A stretch of 63,869 nucleotides of DNA from positions 1 to 63,869 of the IMG/VR virus record IMGVR_UViG_3300020469_000047; one strand, 5' to 3'. The stretch's first letter is position 1; every line of letters starts with the position of its first letter. Origin of the DNA: a virus (taxonomy: Duplodnaviria > Caudoviricetes). Position numbers and translations under genes: made by a program. The notes below the pieces were generated by a model. It saw only the letters and a list, made by a program, of their open reading frames with translations, was not told the origin of the DNA and searched no databases. This document shows positions 8,601 to 18,588 of this stretch, piece by piece.

Positions 8601-11600
8601 CCAAAAGCACTTAGAGTTTCTCTTAATGATAATCTTAATAATGCAGGGACAGAACCAGCAACTAAATTACATTCACCTATCATAGGGTTTGCTTATGATG
8701 GTAACCCCATATATGGTGCATTTGGTTATGAGAATCCTTTAGATTCTACGTCATCTATTATTAGAATGACATCTAGTTATTCTATCAATGGTAATCGTTC
8801 TGAAGGACCTTCATTAACAACATATCCAATAGGAACTTTTGTTAATGACTATACTTACACTCACAAGAGTGGAACATTAGATACTAACAATGGAAGATTT
8901 TGTATTACCCCAGAATTTCCGAAAGGAACTTATGCTTATTTCATTACTATTGATAGCAATCAAGTACCGCAATACCCATACATTTTAGGAGAGAATTTTT
9001 ACTCTCTACCTATTGATAGCAATTACAATTCTGATATCAATCAGAATGATATTCCTAAGAAAGCAAAACGTTTTTATCAAGCAGGAATGTCTAGAAATGG
9101 TGAAGGTTTCCTCGCTGAGATTGCAGAAGTAAAACAAGGTAATGTGGAGAGTGTTAATGTAGTAGATTCATCTGCTAACTTCTCTATAAATTCACAGATA
9201 TATTTTGATAATACAGGAACCCAAGGTTCGGAAGCAGAAGCAATTGTTAATTCTGTAAAGGGTAATACTGTATCTTACTTACAATCTAAAGAAGATAAGG
9301 TTGTTAAGCTAACAGTTATTCAAAGTGCATACTTATTTACAGATGATACATTATCACAACCATCATCTGGTGCATCTGGAACTATTGTTGGAACAGTTAA
9401 GAACGATAGTACAATTGTATTGAAAAATGTAAATGGCACGTTTGATAACACTGGTACATTTTCTGCTGCAATTAAAACATTTGATATTTTACTAGATCAA
9501 AGAAGTTCTTATACTAAAGGTGCAACTTTAAGTTTGACTGATGGTGTTAATTCACCTATTGCAACTGCTGAAGTATTAGAAGGTACAACCTCTCAAAACG
9601 TAGTCCAGATCAAGGTTCTCACTGGTACATGGATTGTTGATGATACTTACTTTATACAGTCTAGTAATTTGTTCAATACATCTGGAACTAGAATCGTAAC
9701 ACTCACATCATTGAGTGATGGTTTAGAACCATTTGAAGTTAATCAAAGTGTTGCATTAATAGAAACAACATCTTCACATGGATTAGGAATTGGAGATCAA
9801 GTAGTAGTTGATATTAATCCTAATGATGCTACTAAAACAAAAACTTATAATATAAGGAAGAGATTATATCAAGAAGCAATCTTAACTCCTCCTAGTGCTT
9901 CAACTAAAATCAATTTCACAGGGATAGGAAGATATGAAATCCTCAATGGCGGTGCTGACTACACTAGCGGTACTTACACTAGTATTAATCTCACTGGTGG
10001 ATCGGGATCTGGAGCAACTGCTACCTTTACTGTTTCTGATGCAGGGGTAGTTTCTGATATACAAATACAAGATGCTGGTGCAGGATATGCACGAGGTGAC
10101 TACTTATCAGTTGCTGATGAAGATCTTGTAAGATCTGGTGCATCTACATCAACATCAAGGTTAACTTTATATGTTGGACATGTAGGCGTTGCTGCTGGTG
10201 CAACAAAAGTTACTGTAGATAGTTCAAACGGATTTGCTACTAATGATTTGATTCAGATTGGTGGTGAGATATTAAAAATTGCTGGTATTAATGTAAATGA
10301 TATTTCTGTAATTAGAGGTCAAGAAGGAACTGCGGATGTAGATCATTTTGATGGACAAGTAGTTTCTCTTTACAAAGCTCAATATAACTTTACAAACAAT
10401 TATCAGATCTTTAGTGGATCTTTGTCAGGTTACATACAATCATATGATCCTATAACACATAAGATAATAATTGTATATGATTATGCTACACTAAACACTA
10501 ATGCAAATAAAGTTGTATTAAGTTCTAGTTTCTTTGACACTAGCACACCACAAAGATTGGTATCTGTAACTTCTGTTGATGATGTATTATACAAATTTGA
10601 ATTCTCAGAAGACAATAGTACATTTGTACCAAATCCAAATATAAATTTACAAGAGTTTTATAAGTATAAGTTTGATACGTCTCATTCTAGTCTCACTGGG
10701 ACTTACTTTGATATTAGTCCAAGTAGAAACTATAATTTAATTACTGCAGAAAAAACAGAGACAACTATATTACCTGGTAATGCAGGGTCATATACAGATG
10801 TTAAATTTGGATTTGGTTCTAGACTTGCTACTAATACATATCAAACAAAAACAGGGACAGACTTTACAAACTTCTATTACTTTGATAGAAAGAATGTAGT
10901 GAATGCAGAAGGAGCATATTTTAAATTAATAACTGATCCTTTACAAGGAACTAAAACACTCAATTATGTTACACCAAATCGTTTTGTTTATGATGTTAGT
11001 AGTTCTCCTCTTTGGGATGGTTCTGGATCCATTTCATATACTACTACTGGTCAGTTCGCAATCGGTAAGATTAATACAGTCAGCATCATCAACTTAGGAC
11101 TTAATTATAAAAAAGTTCCAGTAATTACTGGTGTAGATTCTAATGAATCTTATAGAGCTGCAGCAACTGTAACATTTGATACAGCATCACAGACTATAAC
11201 AGGAGTTGACGTTACAAATGAAGGATCTAACTACGTAAATCCTAAAGTTGTGGTTACAAAGTCTGATGGATCTGATGTAAAATTCAATGCTCTTTTAAGA
11301 GATGGAAAAGTTACTTCTATTACTATAGACAAACCTGGTAGAGGTTACACATATGCACCTGAGATAATTATTATTGAAGGAGAAGTAGAAGCATATGTTG
11401 AAAGTACTAGTATTGGTGTTCCACAGAGTGTAAGGATAACATCTAATGGTGGAGCATTCCATTTAGATGAGACAGTATCATCTACTTTCCGATCAAATTA
11501 TATTCTTGGATTAAAAAACTATAATGGCAATTTTAGAATTGGTGAAAAGGTAGTTCAGAAAATTAATAACGTAGAAGTATTCAGTGCAACTGTAGTTGAA

Positions 11601-14600
11601 TGGAGATTTGGATCTAATTTACTTAAGGTAGCAAATTCTACTGGTATCATCCGTGAAGATATTGCTATTGAATCTATATTAATGCCAGTGTCTGGTATTG
11701 TACAGTCTATTTACGTAACTACATTTAATGAAGAGATTTCTAGTTTCTATGATAACTTAGGTTACTATACTTCTGATAAAGGAAAACTAGGTGTACAGAA
11801 TCAAAAGATATTAGATAGTTTATTCTACCAAGATTATTCGTATGTTATCAAATCAGGAACATCAATAGAACAGTGGCGTGATCTTATCAAGTCTACTACA
11901 CACCCTGCTGGATTTAAGTTATTTGGTCAAGTTGATGTAGAAGCAACTGCTAAAACAGAGATGCCAAAGGAATCTCCAAAATCATCTCACTTTAGTGTTA
12001 TACAACTTTGGGATCCTGAGAAAAATAAAATTACAGTTGAAAATTCAAGAAGAACTGTTACACAAATTTTACAGAAAGTAGAGAATCAAAGAATACGTAA
12101 AGGATTTGGAACTGCTGCAACTAGTGAGTTTAATTTTAATGAAGCAGAAGCATATGAATTTACACTTGGTGCAGTATTTGATGGTTCTTATGATAATGAA
12201 GGTAAGTTACAAGGAACTACTACTTTCACTACTAAGAAAGATGGAGTAGCATTTAACTTTGCAGATAACAAATTAAAAAATATGATTGTCACACTTGATG
12301 GTGTGATACAAGAACCTGGTGTTGCTTATACTTTAAGTTCTGGAAGCATTGTATTCTCAGCAGCTCCTCTTGCTGGTGTTACTTTCTATGGTAAAGTCTT
12401 TAAATTTAAAGATGAACAATACAATACAAAATACTTTAAAAAATTAAGAAATATTTTCCAACGCAGTGGAACATGGATAGATGCTGCAAATCAAATCGAA
12501 AGAAACGTACAGTTTATTATTGATGAAACTGTTGGGTATGGTAAGGCAACTCATCCATCATTAGATTGGAGTACAAAACAAGACGATTATGAAGCAAACA
12601 TCAGAGCAATCTTAGATGCTTACCAACATGACATTAGATTTGGTGGTAATGTTAAAACTATTGATTATTCATCTATCTTTAATAGTAGTAGTGATTATCT
12701 TTATATTCAAAATTATAAAACACAGTCAACAGATATCTTTGAGTATGCTACGAGACTAGCAAAACTAGCAATTAGAAACTGGGACTTTGTTGATGTAAAT
12801 ATCGCATATATTCAAGGTCAAAATACAATGACTGTCAGCAGTACTAAGAATCTTGCTGTTGGTTTATTTGTAAGTTCTGGTAGATCATATCCAACAGGAA
12901 CTAAGATCGTATCTATTGATAGTGAGACTGAAATTACATTAAGTAATTCAGCACTAGCAAACTCTGGTGGCGGTGGTGGTGCACCAACAGGAACCACTAC
13001 TGTAACTGGCACAGGTACTACAGGAACTGTTGCTACTAGTACTGCACAGGTTCCTTTAGGAAGTACATTCACTGTGCCACCTGGCACAACTGTCACAGTA
13101 CCTGTTTCTTTCTCAGGTACAACACAAGCAAAGTTTGGATGGAGTGCTTTGAACAAAGGGATGTTCTTTAAAGCAGGGCAATTAATTACTTCTAATAGAG
13201 CATATATTATATCTCAGTCATTAGCGTGGGCACAGTCACAATATCCTTCATTAAACTGGGGAACTATTAGCACTAAGTGTGGTAGAGACATCGGTCTCAT
13301 TTTAGACTCATATGTGTATCATCTTAAGATGGGTGGTAATTTTAAGATTGTAGAAGCAGCACAGTTATACTACCAAAAGAAAGACTATCCTTATGGTGAA
13401 GAGTTATATTATATCACTGGATCTCTAACTGAGACAGTTGCGACATTTAATTATGCTAAGGATCTAATGGTACAGGCAATGAGAAACCAGTTGCCAACTA
13501 CAGATCCTAATGCGATTACAGACTCATTGAGTCCTGTTTGTGCAGAGGTAGAAAGTACACTTAATACCTACCATGGTATTGTTAATACTATTCTTACAGA
13601 AGGCAAGGGACTTATAGAGAAAACATCTGTCAATCAAAACAAATCTGGTAACTGGACTGGTACAGTAACTTATTCTAATTACAATATTCTTGGTGATCCA
13701 CTACTACCAGCACAAGAATGTACAACAGTGATATCTGCAATGGATTCATTGTATGATAACTTAAGCGATGTTATTAAAGAAGTATCCGTAACAAGAAACT
13801 TACCTGATTATGTTGATGGTGAGACTACAGACTTTGAATTATATTGGGATGATAATACTGAAGTTAATACAGAGGAAGATGAAGATTTATTCTTAACTAT
13901 AAATTCTGTATTGCAGAGACCTAAGTTCACAGAAAATTATCCTTTACAAGATTCTTACTGGATTGATAGAACTGTAATTCCTAATGTAGTTAAATTTGAT
14001 GTTGCTCCTATATGGGATCAGGATCTTGGAGCTAAGTCTATTGGTGAACCAACTGCTGTAGAAAAAGTCGTAGGTATTGGTGTTGGTAATTATAAGAGAC
14101 TTACTATTGACTATGCTTTAGTTGATGGTGTTAGAAACGGACCTTTCTTAATTGTTGATGTATTAGACTCTACTATTCAAACTATTGAATCTGAAGATAG
14201 TTTATATGTATTCTTGGATGGTGTACTACAAGTAAAAGGAAAGGCATATACTATATCAGGTCCTAACATTACATTTGTCACTCCTATTAAGAAGGAGATG
14301 AGAATTGATATGCGTTATCTCTATGGAAGAGATGTCGGACAGATATTAAACATATATGATTTTGCACCTGACTCTTACTTTGGTCAGGGAACATTTGCTT
14401 TCACTACCGCATTAATGGATACTTTACTCAGGTATGCATGGATGGGTAATAAAATTGGTTCACCAATTCACGTTTGGCAAGTAAGAGCAAATGGTACCAA
14501 GAATATAATTGGAGAAATCACAAATCCAATTAGAAATGGAAATAATGTAGTATTTGAACTTAAGTGTCAAAACCCTGTGATAGAACCAGGATTGGACTTC

Positions 14601-16667
14601 ACTTTTGCATCAAAAGGAGATTATAGTAATACTTACGTACTAGCAGATGCAGATATATCAAATGATATTCTAAACTTTAAGACAGATAGTGATGGAAGAA
14701 AAATTCTAAAAGATGCTAGTTCTGATTGGTCTGGAACATTTTATGGTAGAACATATAAACCACCATTTGTATACCTTTCCAATGGAGATAATATCAGAGT
14801 AGAAGGTGAGGAAGGATTTAGAAAGATTAAAAAATTACCTACTGAAGCAACCAGTAAAGATGGAAGACCTAACGAACAAACTAGCGATGATCATTTTGGA
14901 ACTGTCTCAGTTGAAAATTACACTGGTACTACTAGAGGAGAAGGTCTTTCAGTAGTAGCAATTATTGAGAATGGATCTGTAACATCTCTTACATGGAATC
15001 AACGTAGTTATGATCCACTTACACAACCTACTGCATATCAATACTATACACCACCTATTCTTAAGTTTGAAACTTTAGATGGTAACGGTGGTGGTGCTAG
15101 AGCAGAAGTATTAATAAGCAAAGGTCAAGTTATTAGTGTTGATCTTATTGCTGGTGGTTCTGGATATACTACAGCACCAAAAGTTATTACAACTAGAAAA
15201 TTTGATATCTTAAGTGACAGAGACATTGGTGTTTCTCTAATTGAAATTGGCATCAGCCCATTTGTTCAGAGTGGTGGAATGACTGCTACCTCAGTCATTA
15301 CTGAGATTGATGAGTCTGGTATTTCTGCAATTTCTGGTATCAGCACCTTAATAGCAAAAGTTGCAGATGATGCTAACATTAAGATTGAGAGGCAATTTGA
15401 TTTAGATGAAGTAGAGGTATTCTCTATTGGAGGACCTTTAGATCCAAAACGAGATATATTAGAATTAAATACAAATAGACCTACTCCTGCTAGTGAGGTT
15501 CAAGTATTTGATACTCATCAGCATAATGCTACTGTTGTATCTGCAGAGATTCAAGATATTGTATCTCTAAATTCTATCTCTACTGTTACTAAAGTAATTA
15601 CAGCAACTCAACAGATTGAAATTCCTAACAATGCGATTAGTAATATCAACTTCTTTGAGAATGCTGCATACCTTAACGTTGACTTCCTTATCGGTGATAG
15701 TATTGCTTATATTCCTGATACAACTAGATTTGCACCTAATGGCAAATTAATGGTTGGTGATGAAGTTATATACTATGAGAAGAAACTTGATGATAGATTC
15801 TATCAAATTATTAGAGGATATCTAGGGACTGTAGAGAAGAACTGGGTTGCGGGAACATATCTTAGACAGATTGAAGACGTAACTGTTCTATCTGCTGGAC
15901 TACTACAAGTTCAGTCTGAAAGTGATGTTAAGATGGTTAACATCGGACTTGTTGGTTCTGGATTTGAAAGACGAGTATTCAGACAAGTAACTACTCCTAG
16001 TGATTTAGAAATTACTAGAAATGCAGTAGAGGTTGTTATTACACCTCCACCTGGTGGTGCAGTTGATGGATATGCAGAAACTGCATTTATCAATGACCCT
16101 GTACAACAAAGGAATCAGAATCAAGTTGATTTGATCGAAAACGCTATTGGTAACTACACTGTTACTAAACGTGATGGAACTATAATTGAAATTAGAAATG
16201 AAACATTCGGTACTAACAATTACGTTGGTTCATATATAAAGACTACTGTAGGTCCTAACATAGGAAACTGGCAGTACATATCATTTGATGATGGAACTGC
16301 TGATGTATCAAACTTATCAATTTCTGATATATCATCATACTTCCCATCACTAACTGTTGGTGACTTCATAGAAAGAGCAGACTCTACCTTTACTAAGGCA
16401 GGAGACAAGTTCAATCTAGGACTACCATCAATACAAAATCCTGTAGCAATTAGTCAAACTGCGAGTGCATCTATACCATCTACGATTACTGTTGCTAGTA
16501 CTAACTATTTCCCTACATCAGGGTATATTATCCATAATAATGGAACATATAGTGGTATAATCAAGTATACAGGTAAGACCTCAAATACATTCACTGGATG
16601 TCTTCGTCATAATGGTGATAATCAGATTGCGTCTGGATCTGAGATAGTACCTATATCAATCATATAA
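5700..16667 (+). CDS. gp7: Giant baseplate wedge initiator (gp7-like) with YHYH-like, cupredoxin-like and phycobiliprotein-like inserts
   Basis: Between gp6 and gp8; QLPEFI, IKNI..FY.AKGT, DSLFYQDYSYVIKS and HPAGFKLFG motifs. Confidence 0.85.
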   Translation: MVAVKTKRISTLIETQLPEFISTEYELFSKFVTKYYEAQEVQGGTLDVITNIQKYADIDYYEQNILKQHDSLDTSITSTDTTIILQDATSFPEQNGYVKIDDEIILYATRTDTTLEGCTRGVSGNTKIGDLYSESNFVSTTSAAHASGQKVYNISNLFLYAFVKNFEKQYLGSFPEKYLRGNVDKRTLIKNIQKFYKAKGTDSSIKFIFNTLVDEDKDTNARSNLAQFEWFIKSEFDNVAINVTSPTGQFLVGDRLNETGGNASGEIAKIVRNDQNEITRLYLRQLSGSFSLGDNVTGPTGSSFTASTVTSFPNGIFYIDFGQFARIFGPFETGKYYLAPEGIIMRQNWQIIWNQSDPSNLPMPVHPQGHPMKFSTTREGTLLGGQLYYNTALVNGVKTNYTNEFQPEFMMDQGESNKIYYYCAYHRYMSGLDGDEGYMTLVTGGGREPKIVKPEVYKPRDFTYKSSNADWINVYALKCKVISGDVKNLVGKKIVQSDTVEYDYADAVVDNVYADGTRDGEVIYNIILASETVNGTFGVSTKTQLEKVLTGTATAEGQRIDVFSTTGWDSTGSLLIGDETITFSDKNVTQFIIDDRLAQTAVQHEVGTPVYKPVTIVGSGVTLLTMGIVYNLQPSDSHPYSAIGDKIQVSNPGFETSDSKIVNVGTNQTRWLLGTGAAVNVPTLPTVATSLNQVSTDVSAILADDQYYYIASSSFPSHKILDGSSVTQTVLDQKLLRIIRKQATRTTETYPTPKRDIGIGLNGVPFYGHKDPESIRYGKLEQIKVDLRGTGYVRPPFVLIDQVPNKARAILAGQVVESITVDTTDIFPRTPDVIITSGRNASVRAVVTGGKVTSLIIDNAGEFYSSPPTINVRDNAGRGRFAEFEAVVNTDGQITGFDKIAEGNFYSQDTVIVDVVPVGSGASGLPLLKEWNYNRYKKLESKLDTENGYVFDNYNNVLEYGYGYSANPKALRVSLNDNLNNAGTEPATKLHSPIIGFAYDGNPIYGAFGYENPLDSTSSIIRMTSSYSINGNRSEGPSLTTYPIGTFVNDYTYTHKSGTLDTNNGRFCITPEFPKGTYAYFITIDSNQVPQYPYILGENFYSLPIDSNYNSDINQNDIPKKAKRFYQAGMSRNGEGFLAEIAEVKQGNVESVNVVDSSANFSINSQIYFDNTGTQGSEAEAIVNSVKGNTVSYLQSKEDKVVKLTVIQSAYLFTDDTLSQPSSGASGTIVGTVKNDSTIVLKNVNGTFDNTGTFSAAIKTFDILLDQRSSYTKGATLSLTDGVNSPIATAEVLEGTTSQNVVQIKVLTGTWIVDDTYFIQSSNLFNTSGTRIVTLTSLSDGLEPFEVNQSVALIETTSSHGLGIGDQVVVDINPNDATKTKTYNIRKRLYQEAILTPPSASTKINFTGIGRYEILNGGADYTSGTYTSINLTGGSGSGATATFTVSDAGVVSDIQIQDAGAGYARGDYLSVADEDLVRSGASTSTSRLTLYVGHVGVAAGATKVTVDSSNGFATNDLIQIGGEILKIAGINVNDISVIRGQEGTADVDHFDGQVVSLYKAQYNFTNNYQIFSGSLSGYIQSYDPITHKIIIVYDYATLNTNANKVVLSSSFFDTSTPQRLVSVTSVDDVLYKFEFSEDNSTFVPNPNINLQEFYKYKFDTSHSSLTGTYFDISPSRNYNLITAEKTETTILPGNAGSYTDVKFGFGSRLATNTYQTKTGTDFTNFYYFDRKNVVNAEGAYFKLITDPLQGTKTLNYVTPNRFVYDVSSSPLWDGSGSISYTTTGQFAIGKINTVSIINLGLNYKKVPVITGVDSNESYRAAATVTFDTASQTITGVDVTNEGSNYVNPKVVVTKSDGSDVKFNALLRDGKVTSITIDKPGRGYTYAPEIIIIEGEVEAYVESTSIGVPQSVRITSNGGAFHLDETVSSTFRSNYILGLKNYNGNFRIGEKVVQKINNVEVFSATVVEWRFGSNLLKVANSTGIIREDIAIESILMPVSGIVQSIYVTTFNEEISSFYDNLGYYTSDKGKLGVQNQKILDSLFYQDYSYVIKSGTSIEQWRDLIKSTTHPAGFKLFGQVDVEATAKTEMPKESPKSSHFSVIQLWDPEKNKITVENSRRTVTQILQKVENQRIRKGFGTAATSEFNFNEAEAYEFTLGAVFDGSYDNEGKLQGTTTFTTKKDGVAFNFADNKLKNMIVTLDGVIQEPGVAYTLSSGSIVFSAAPLAGVTFYGKVFKFKDEQYNTKYFKKLRNIFQRSGTWIDAANQIERNVQFIIDETVGYGKATHPSLDWSTKQDDYEANIRAILDAYQHDIRFGGNVKTIDYSSIFNSSSDYLYIQNYKTQSTDIFEYATRLAKLAIRNWDFVDVNIAYIQGQNTMTVSSTKNLAVGLFVSSGRSYPTGTKIVSIDSETEITLSNSALANSGGGGGAPTGTTTVTGTGTTGTVATSTAQVPLGSTFTVPPGTTVTVPVSFSGTTQAKFGWSALNKGMFFKAGQLITSNRAYIISQSLAWAQSQYPSLNWGTISTKCGRDIGLILDSYVYHLKMGGNFKIVEAAQLYYQKKDYPYGEELYYITGSLTETVATFNYAKDLMVQAMRNQLPTTDPNAITDSLSPVCAEVESTLNTYHGIVNTILTEGKGLIEKTSVNQNKSGNWTGTVTYSNYNILGDPLLPAQECTTVISAMDSLYDNLSDVIKEVSVTRNLPDYVDGETTDFELYWDDNTEVNTEEDEDLFLTINSVLQRPKFTENYPLQDSYWIDRTVIPNVVKFDVAPIWDQDLGAKSIGEPTAVEKVVGIGVGNYKRLTIDYALVDGVRNGPFLIVDVLDSTIQTIESEDSLYVFLDGVLQVKGKAYTISGPNITFVTPIKKEMRIDMRYLYGRDVGQILNIYDFAPDSYFGQGTFAFTTALMDTLLRYAWMGNKIGSPIHVWQVRANGTKNIIGEITNPIRNGNNVVFELKCQNPVIEPGLDFTFASKGDYSNTYVLADADISNDILNFKTDSDGRKILKDASSDWSGTFYGRTYKPPFVYLSNGDNIRVEGEEGFRKIKKLPTEATSKDGRPNEQTSDDHFGTVSVENYTGTTRGEGLSVVAIIENGSVTSLTWNQRSYDPLTQPTAYQYYTPPILKFETLDGNGGGARAEVLISKGQVISVDLIAGGSGYTTAPKVITTRKFDILSDRDIGVSLIEIGISPFVQSGGMTATSVITEIDESGISAISGISTLIAKVADDANIKIERQFDLDEVEVFSIGGPLDPKRDILELNTNRPTPASEVQVFDTHQHNATVVSAEIQDIVSLNSISTVTKVITATQQIEIPNNAISNINFFENAAYLNVDFLIGDSIAYIPDTTRFAPNGKLMVGDEVIYYEKKLDDRFYQIIRGYLGTVEKNWVAGTYLRQIEDVTVLSAGLLQVQSESDVKMVNIGLVGSGFERRVFRQVTTPSDLEITRNAVEVVITPPPGGAVDGYAETAFINDPVQQRNQNQVDLIENAIGNYTVTKRDGTIIEIRNETFGTNNYVGSYIKTTVGPNIGNWQYISFDDGTADVSNLSISDISSYFPSLTVGDFIERADSTFTKAGDKFNLGLPSIQNPVAISQTASASIPSTITVASTNYFPTSGYIIHNNGTYSGIIKYTGKTSNTFTGCLRHNGDNQIASGSEIVPISII

Positions 16668-16682
16668 ATAAACGTATAAATA
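16663..16682 (+). promoter_or_regulatory. Two tandem perfect late promoters
   Basis: TATAAATA at 16663-16670 and 16675-16682 upstream of gp8. Confidence 0.8.
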
Positions 16683-16723
16683 ACTCAGGCACTTAATAAA
16701 ATAACGTCGGAACAGGAAAAACA

Positions 16724-18538
16724 ATGGCTGCTATTATCTCTGATAAGTTTAGAATCTTTAACGCTAAACAATTTTTAGAATCTTTAACCGAAGGACCTAG
16801 TGACACTAGCTCGGAAAGATCAAGGATGTATTTCTTTGTGGGAAGACCACAACCATGGAAAGCATATTTAGAAATACATACCAAAAACTCTACGGCTTTC
16901 GTAGTCGGTAATGAAGTGTACATAGGTACATACGCATCGACTGCTTTCCGTGCCACAGTTGCTGCAGTTTACGACAGTGCTTTATTATTGACCGACGTTT
17001 TTGGAAGTGCTGGTGTTAACTCTGCTCCTCCTCTTGGATCTGCATTAAAAGGTAGAACTGGTGGATCTGGAGGTTCTGACACAGGTGCCACTGCAGTCTC
17101 TGGTATATACCGCTATGCAACAGAGGATGTTCCACCATTACCATTAGACAATCAGAGCGAAAAGATTGCTTTATACGACGAATTAATTGCTGCCAAACGT
17201 ATTACTGATTCTTTTGCAAGAACAGTTATCCGCCGTTACAACTGGGATCTAGTTGCTAACCCCAAGTTCGACATGTTTAAACCCGATTACTCTGCTACTC
17301 CTGGTGGCGGTGGTCAAATTGGTAAAGCAACTGCGACAGGTGCTACAAGCATTGCAGATGCTAAGTTCTATGTAATGAACTCATACTATGAAGTATTCAA
17401 GTGTCTTTACAACGGTGAAGATCCTTCTAATACAACTGGACAGAACGCAACAGAAGAACCATATGTAGCTGGTGGTAACTATGACTCAGCAACTGGTCTT
17501 TATACAGAAACAACTGGTGCTAAGTATATCTGGAAGTACATGTATACTATTCCTACTGATGATGTTCTTAAGTTCCTTTCTTCAGACTTCATGCCTATAG
17601 TTCTTCCTGCTAACGTAAGTAGAACTGCAGTTGCTGCTCTTGCAGTTGCTGGTGCTGTTGATGTTGCACTTATTGAGAATGCTGGATCAGGTCTTCCTGC
17701 TTCACAGACTCTATACACAAGTATTAAAGGTGATGGAACTGGTGGTATTGTAAAATTTGTTACAAACGGTGCTGGTACAATCACATCTGCTGAAATTCAA
17801 GCACGTGGATCAGGTTACACATATGGTAATGTTTTATTTGCAAATGGTAACTTATTCTCTAACACTGGATTATCAAGTGCTGTAACAACTGGTGGTTCTG
17901 CTGTTGGTGCTATTGAAGTTGTTCTTGCTCCACAAGGTGGACATGGTTCAGATCAAGAAACAGAATTGAATGGTAAGCGTGTTATGACAAACATCCGTCT
18001 TACATATTCTGAAGGATCAGGAGATTTCCCTGTAGATAACGACTTCCGTAGAATTGGTATTATTTCAGATCCATTTAACTATGGTACTACTACATTCTCT
18101 ACTGCTGATACATTATCAGGATTAAAAGCAATTAAGATTACTGGTGCTTCAGCAGATTACTCACCTGATGAGAAGATTACACAGACTGTAACTGGTGGTA
18201 CTGCATATGGTACAGTTGTATCATGGACATTAGACAGTGGTTCTACTACTGCTGGAGTTCTTAAGTATATCCAAACAAACGATCAGCATACAGATTCTGG
18301 TAAAGTATATGCATTTGAATCTAATGGTTCAAACGCAGTTACAGGAGAAGCATCTACCGCCTCTGGTAATGTAGACACTGCATATGGTAGTACAATACTT
18401 GGCGTTACTTTCTCATCTGGTCTTGCTACTCCAGAGATTGAAAATAACTCTGGTGATGTGATTTATGTTGAGAACAGAAGACTAATCACTCGTGCTGCTG
18501 ACCAAATCGAAGATATCAAACTAGTTATCGAGTTTTAA
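16724..18538 (+). CDS. gp8: Baseplate wedge subunit gp8
   Basis: MAAIISDKFRI.NA, FYVMNS..VFKCL.N, YIWKYMYTI, NDFRRIG, YVENR..I.RA.DQ.EDIK.VIEF. Confidence 0.93.
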   Translation: MAAIISDKFRIFNAKQFLESLTEGPSDTSSERSRMYFFVGRPQPWKAYLEIHTKNSTAFVVGNEVYIGTYASTAFRATVAAVYDSALLLTDVFGSAGVNSAPPLGSALKGRTGGSGGSDTGATAVSGIYRYATEDVPPLPLDNQSEKIALYDELIAAKRITDSFARTVIRRYNWDLVANPKFDMFKPDYSATPGGGGQIGKATATGATSIADAKFYVMNSYYEVFKCLYNGEDPSNTTGQNATEEPYVAGGNYDSATGLYTETTGAKYIWKYMYTIPTDDVLKFLSSDFMPIVLPANVSRTAVAALAVAGAVDVALIENAGSGLPASQTLYTSIKGDGTGGIVKFVTNGAGTITSAEIQARGSGYTYGNVLFANGNLFSNTGLSSAVTTGGSAVGAIEVVLAPQGGHGSDQETELNGKRVMTNIRLTYSEGSGDFPVDNDFRRIGIISDPFNYGTTTFSTADTLSGLKAIKITGASADYSPDEKITQTVTGGTAYGTVVSWTLDSGSTTAGVLKYIQTNDQHTDSGKVYAFESNGSNAVTGEASTASGNVDTAYGSTILGVTFSSGLATPEIENNSGDVIYVENRRLITRAADQIEDIKLVIEF

Positions 18539-18544
18539 AACTAC

Positions 18545-18552
18545 GCTAAATA
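18545..18552 (+). promoter_or_regulatory. Late promoter (CTAAATA variant)
   Basis: GCTAAATA in the intergenic region upstream of 18589. Confidence 0.6.
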
Positions 18553-18588
18553 CTTTAACGAGAATACTAGTATTATTGGCGGAGTAAG

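Noticed and set aside
12960-13125. Gly/Thr/Val low-complexity stretch in gp7 with antisense ORF 12818..13156
   Set aside because: No exact DNA repeat; best explained as a linker or short beta insert
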